From contig JBFYPG010000187.1 in NCBI GenBank assembly GCA_041303415.1, positions 9,902-73,901 of the forward strand: a DNA stretch of 64,000 bases, in the 5' to 3' direction. Position 1 is the stretch's first letter, and the number at the start of each line of letters is the position of its first letter. The DNA is from Bacteroidales bacterium. Its GTDB lineage: Bacteria > Bacteroidota > Bacteroidia > Bacteroidales > VadinHA17. Under the pieces are notes generated by a model. It was given only the letters and a program-made list of their open reading frames with translations, had not been told where the DNA came from and did not search any database. The position numbers were made by a program, and so were the translations under genes. This document shows, piece by piece, positions 63,320 through 64,000 of the stretch.

Positions 63320-64000
63320 ATGCCCAGAATTTCTGCCGTAATCATTACGATGAATGAGGAAAAACTGATTGAACAGTGTCTTCAGTCATTGGATGATATT
63401 GCAGATGAGATTATTGTAGTTGATTCATTTTCAACTGATTCTACAGAACAGATCTGCAAAAAATATAATGTCAAATTTGTACAGCGCGAATTCAGGGGGT
63501 TCATGGACCAGAAGAATTACGCTGTATCACTTGCATCGCACCCGTATATTCTTTCCCTTGATGCTGATGAGGCTCTGAGCAGCGAACTGCAGAAATCATT
63601 GCTCGAGGTAAAGAACAATATTAAGTTTGAAGGCTACAGAGTAAGCCGCCTGAGCAATTACTGCGGGCAGTGGATAAGACACTCCGCATGGTACCCTGAT
63701 CCCCAGCTGCGCCTTTTCAGGGCCGACAGGGGAAGCTGGGGTCTGATAAATGTTCATGAGACTTTCATCATGAACCATGACAGCAGGATAAGCAAACTGA
63801 AAGGCGACCTTCTTCACTGGCCATGCACTTCGGAACAGGACATGACTCAAAAAATTGAGATTTATTCAGATATTGCCGCAAGAGAATTCTTTTCCAAAGG
63901 GTTGAGGGCTGGATTTGTTAAACCTTATTTTCACGGAGTCTGGAGATTCATACAGACTTATTTTTTCCGTCTCGGATTCCTTGACGGCAGAAAAGGTTAT
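63320..64000 (+). CDS. Family 2 glycosyltransferase, N-terminal part (3' end outside the window)
   Basis: This ORF is absent from the ORF track because it runs off the window. My translation from the ATG at 63320 is stop-free for 227 codons: MPRISAVIITMNEEKLIEQCLQSLDDIADEIIVVDSFSTDSTEQICKKYNVKFVQREFRGFMDQKNYAVSLASHPYILSLDADEALS... This has the GT2 fold with a DxD-type LDADE motif. Confidence 0.85.
   Translation, partial: MPRISAVIITMNEEKLIEQCLQSLDDIADEIIVVDSFSTDSTEQICKKYNVKFVQREFRGFMDQKNYAVSLASHPYILSLDADEALSSELQKSLLEVKNNIKFEGYRVSRLSNYCGQWIRHSAWYPDPQLRLFRADRGSWGLINVHETFIMNHDSRISKLKGDLLHWPCTSEQDMTQKIEIYSDIAAREFFSKGLRAGFVKPYFHGVWRFIQTYFFRLGFLDGRKGY

Overview
The window looks like chromosomal DNA from a Bacteroidota-type genome. 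Three proteins end in Por/T9SS C-terminal sorting domains, there is a mutL-rhomboid-rhomboid-EEP block, and no strong Shine-Dalgarno sites are visible. No rRNA, tRNA, CRISPR array, integrase or transposase was seen.

The dominant feature is one uninterrupted 27.3-kb ORF (7875-35162, about 43% of the window) encoding a 9,095-aa secreted protein. By my own residue-level count it has 15 tandem super-modules of about 575-618 aa. Each module has exactly seven FG-GAP/VCBS blades (W-G-D-Y-D-N-D-G-D-L-D-I-L ... I-Y-R-N-N-G-D-N-T-F-T-E-Q-T) followed by FN3-like beta-sandwich domains. The protein ends in 2 PKD domains, an Ig-like domain and a T9SS CTD.

A 2,389-aa paralogue follows after a repeat-rich 440-bp spacer (35602-42771). 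It has 3 propeller modules, the same terminal cassette and 5 Cys-containing Ig-like repeats. A tightly packed three-gene accessory cluster comes next (42782-46220): an OM beta-barrel protein with a large N-terminal region, plus two small exported proteins. All three appear to share a ~110-aa domain.

Divergently upstream lies a two-gene minus-strand operon. It encodes an exported caspase-like (C14) protease with an intact His/Cys dyad, and a transmembrane Reg_prop/Y_Y_Y propeller sensor fused to a SpoIIE/PP2C phosphatase.

The flanks are ordinary:
- an ABC-2 exporter (ATPase fragment plus 2 permeases)
- a tail-fibre-like protein with a peptidase S74 intramolecular-chaperone domain and 18 x 17-aa repeats, next to a small T9SS-CTD protein
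- two EEP-family genes, mutL and two rhomboids
- a PLP Thr/Ser dehydratase-like gene and hppA
- an S9 peptidase, a class I/II aminotransferase and a partial GT2 glycosyltransferase

Several intergenic regions carry 7-bp-periodic tandem or inverted arrays and GC-rich hairpins. All domain calls are made by eye from motifs. No database search was possible, so the novelty statements are hypotheses.
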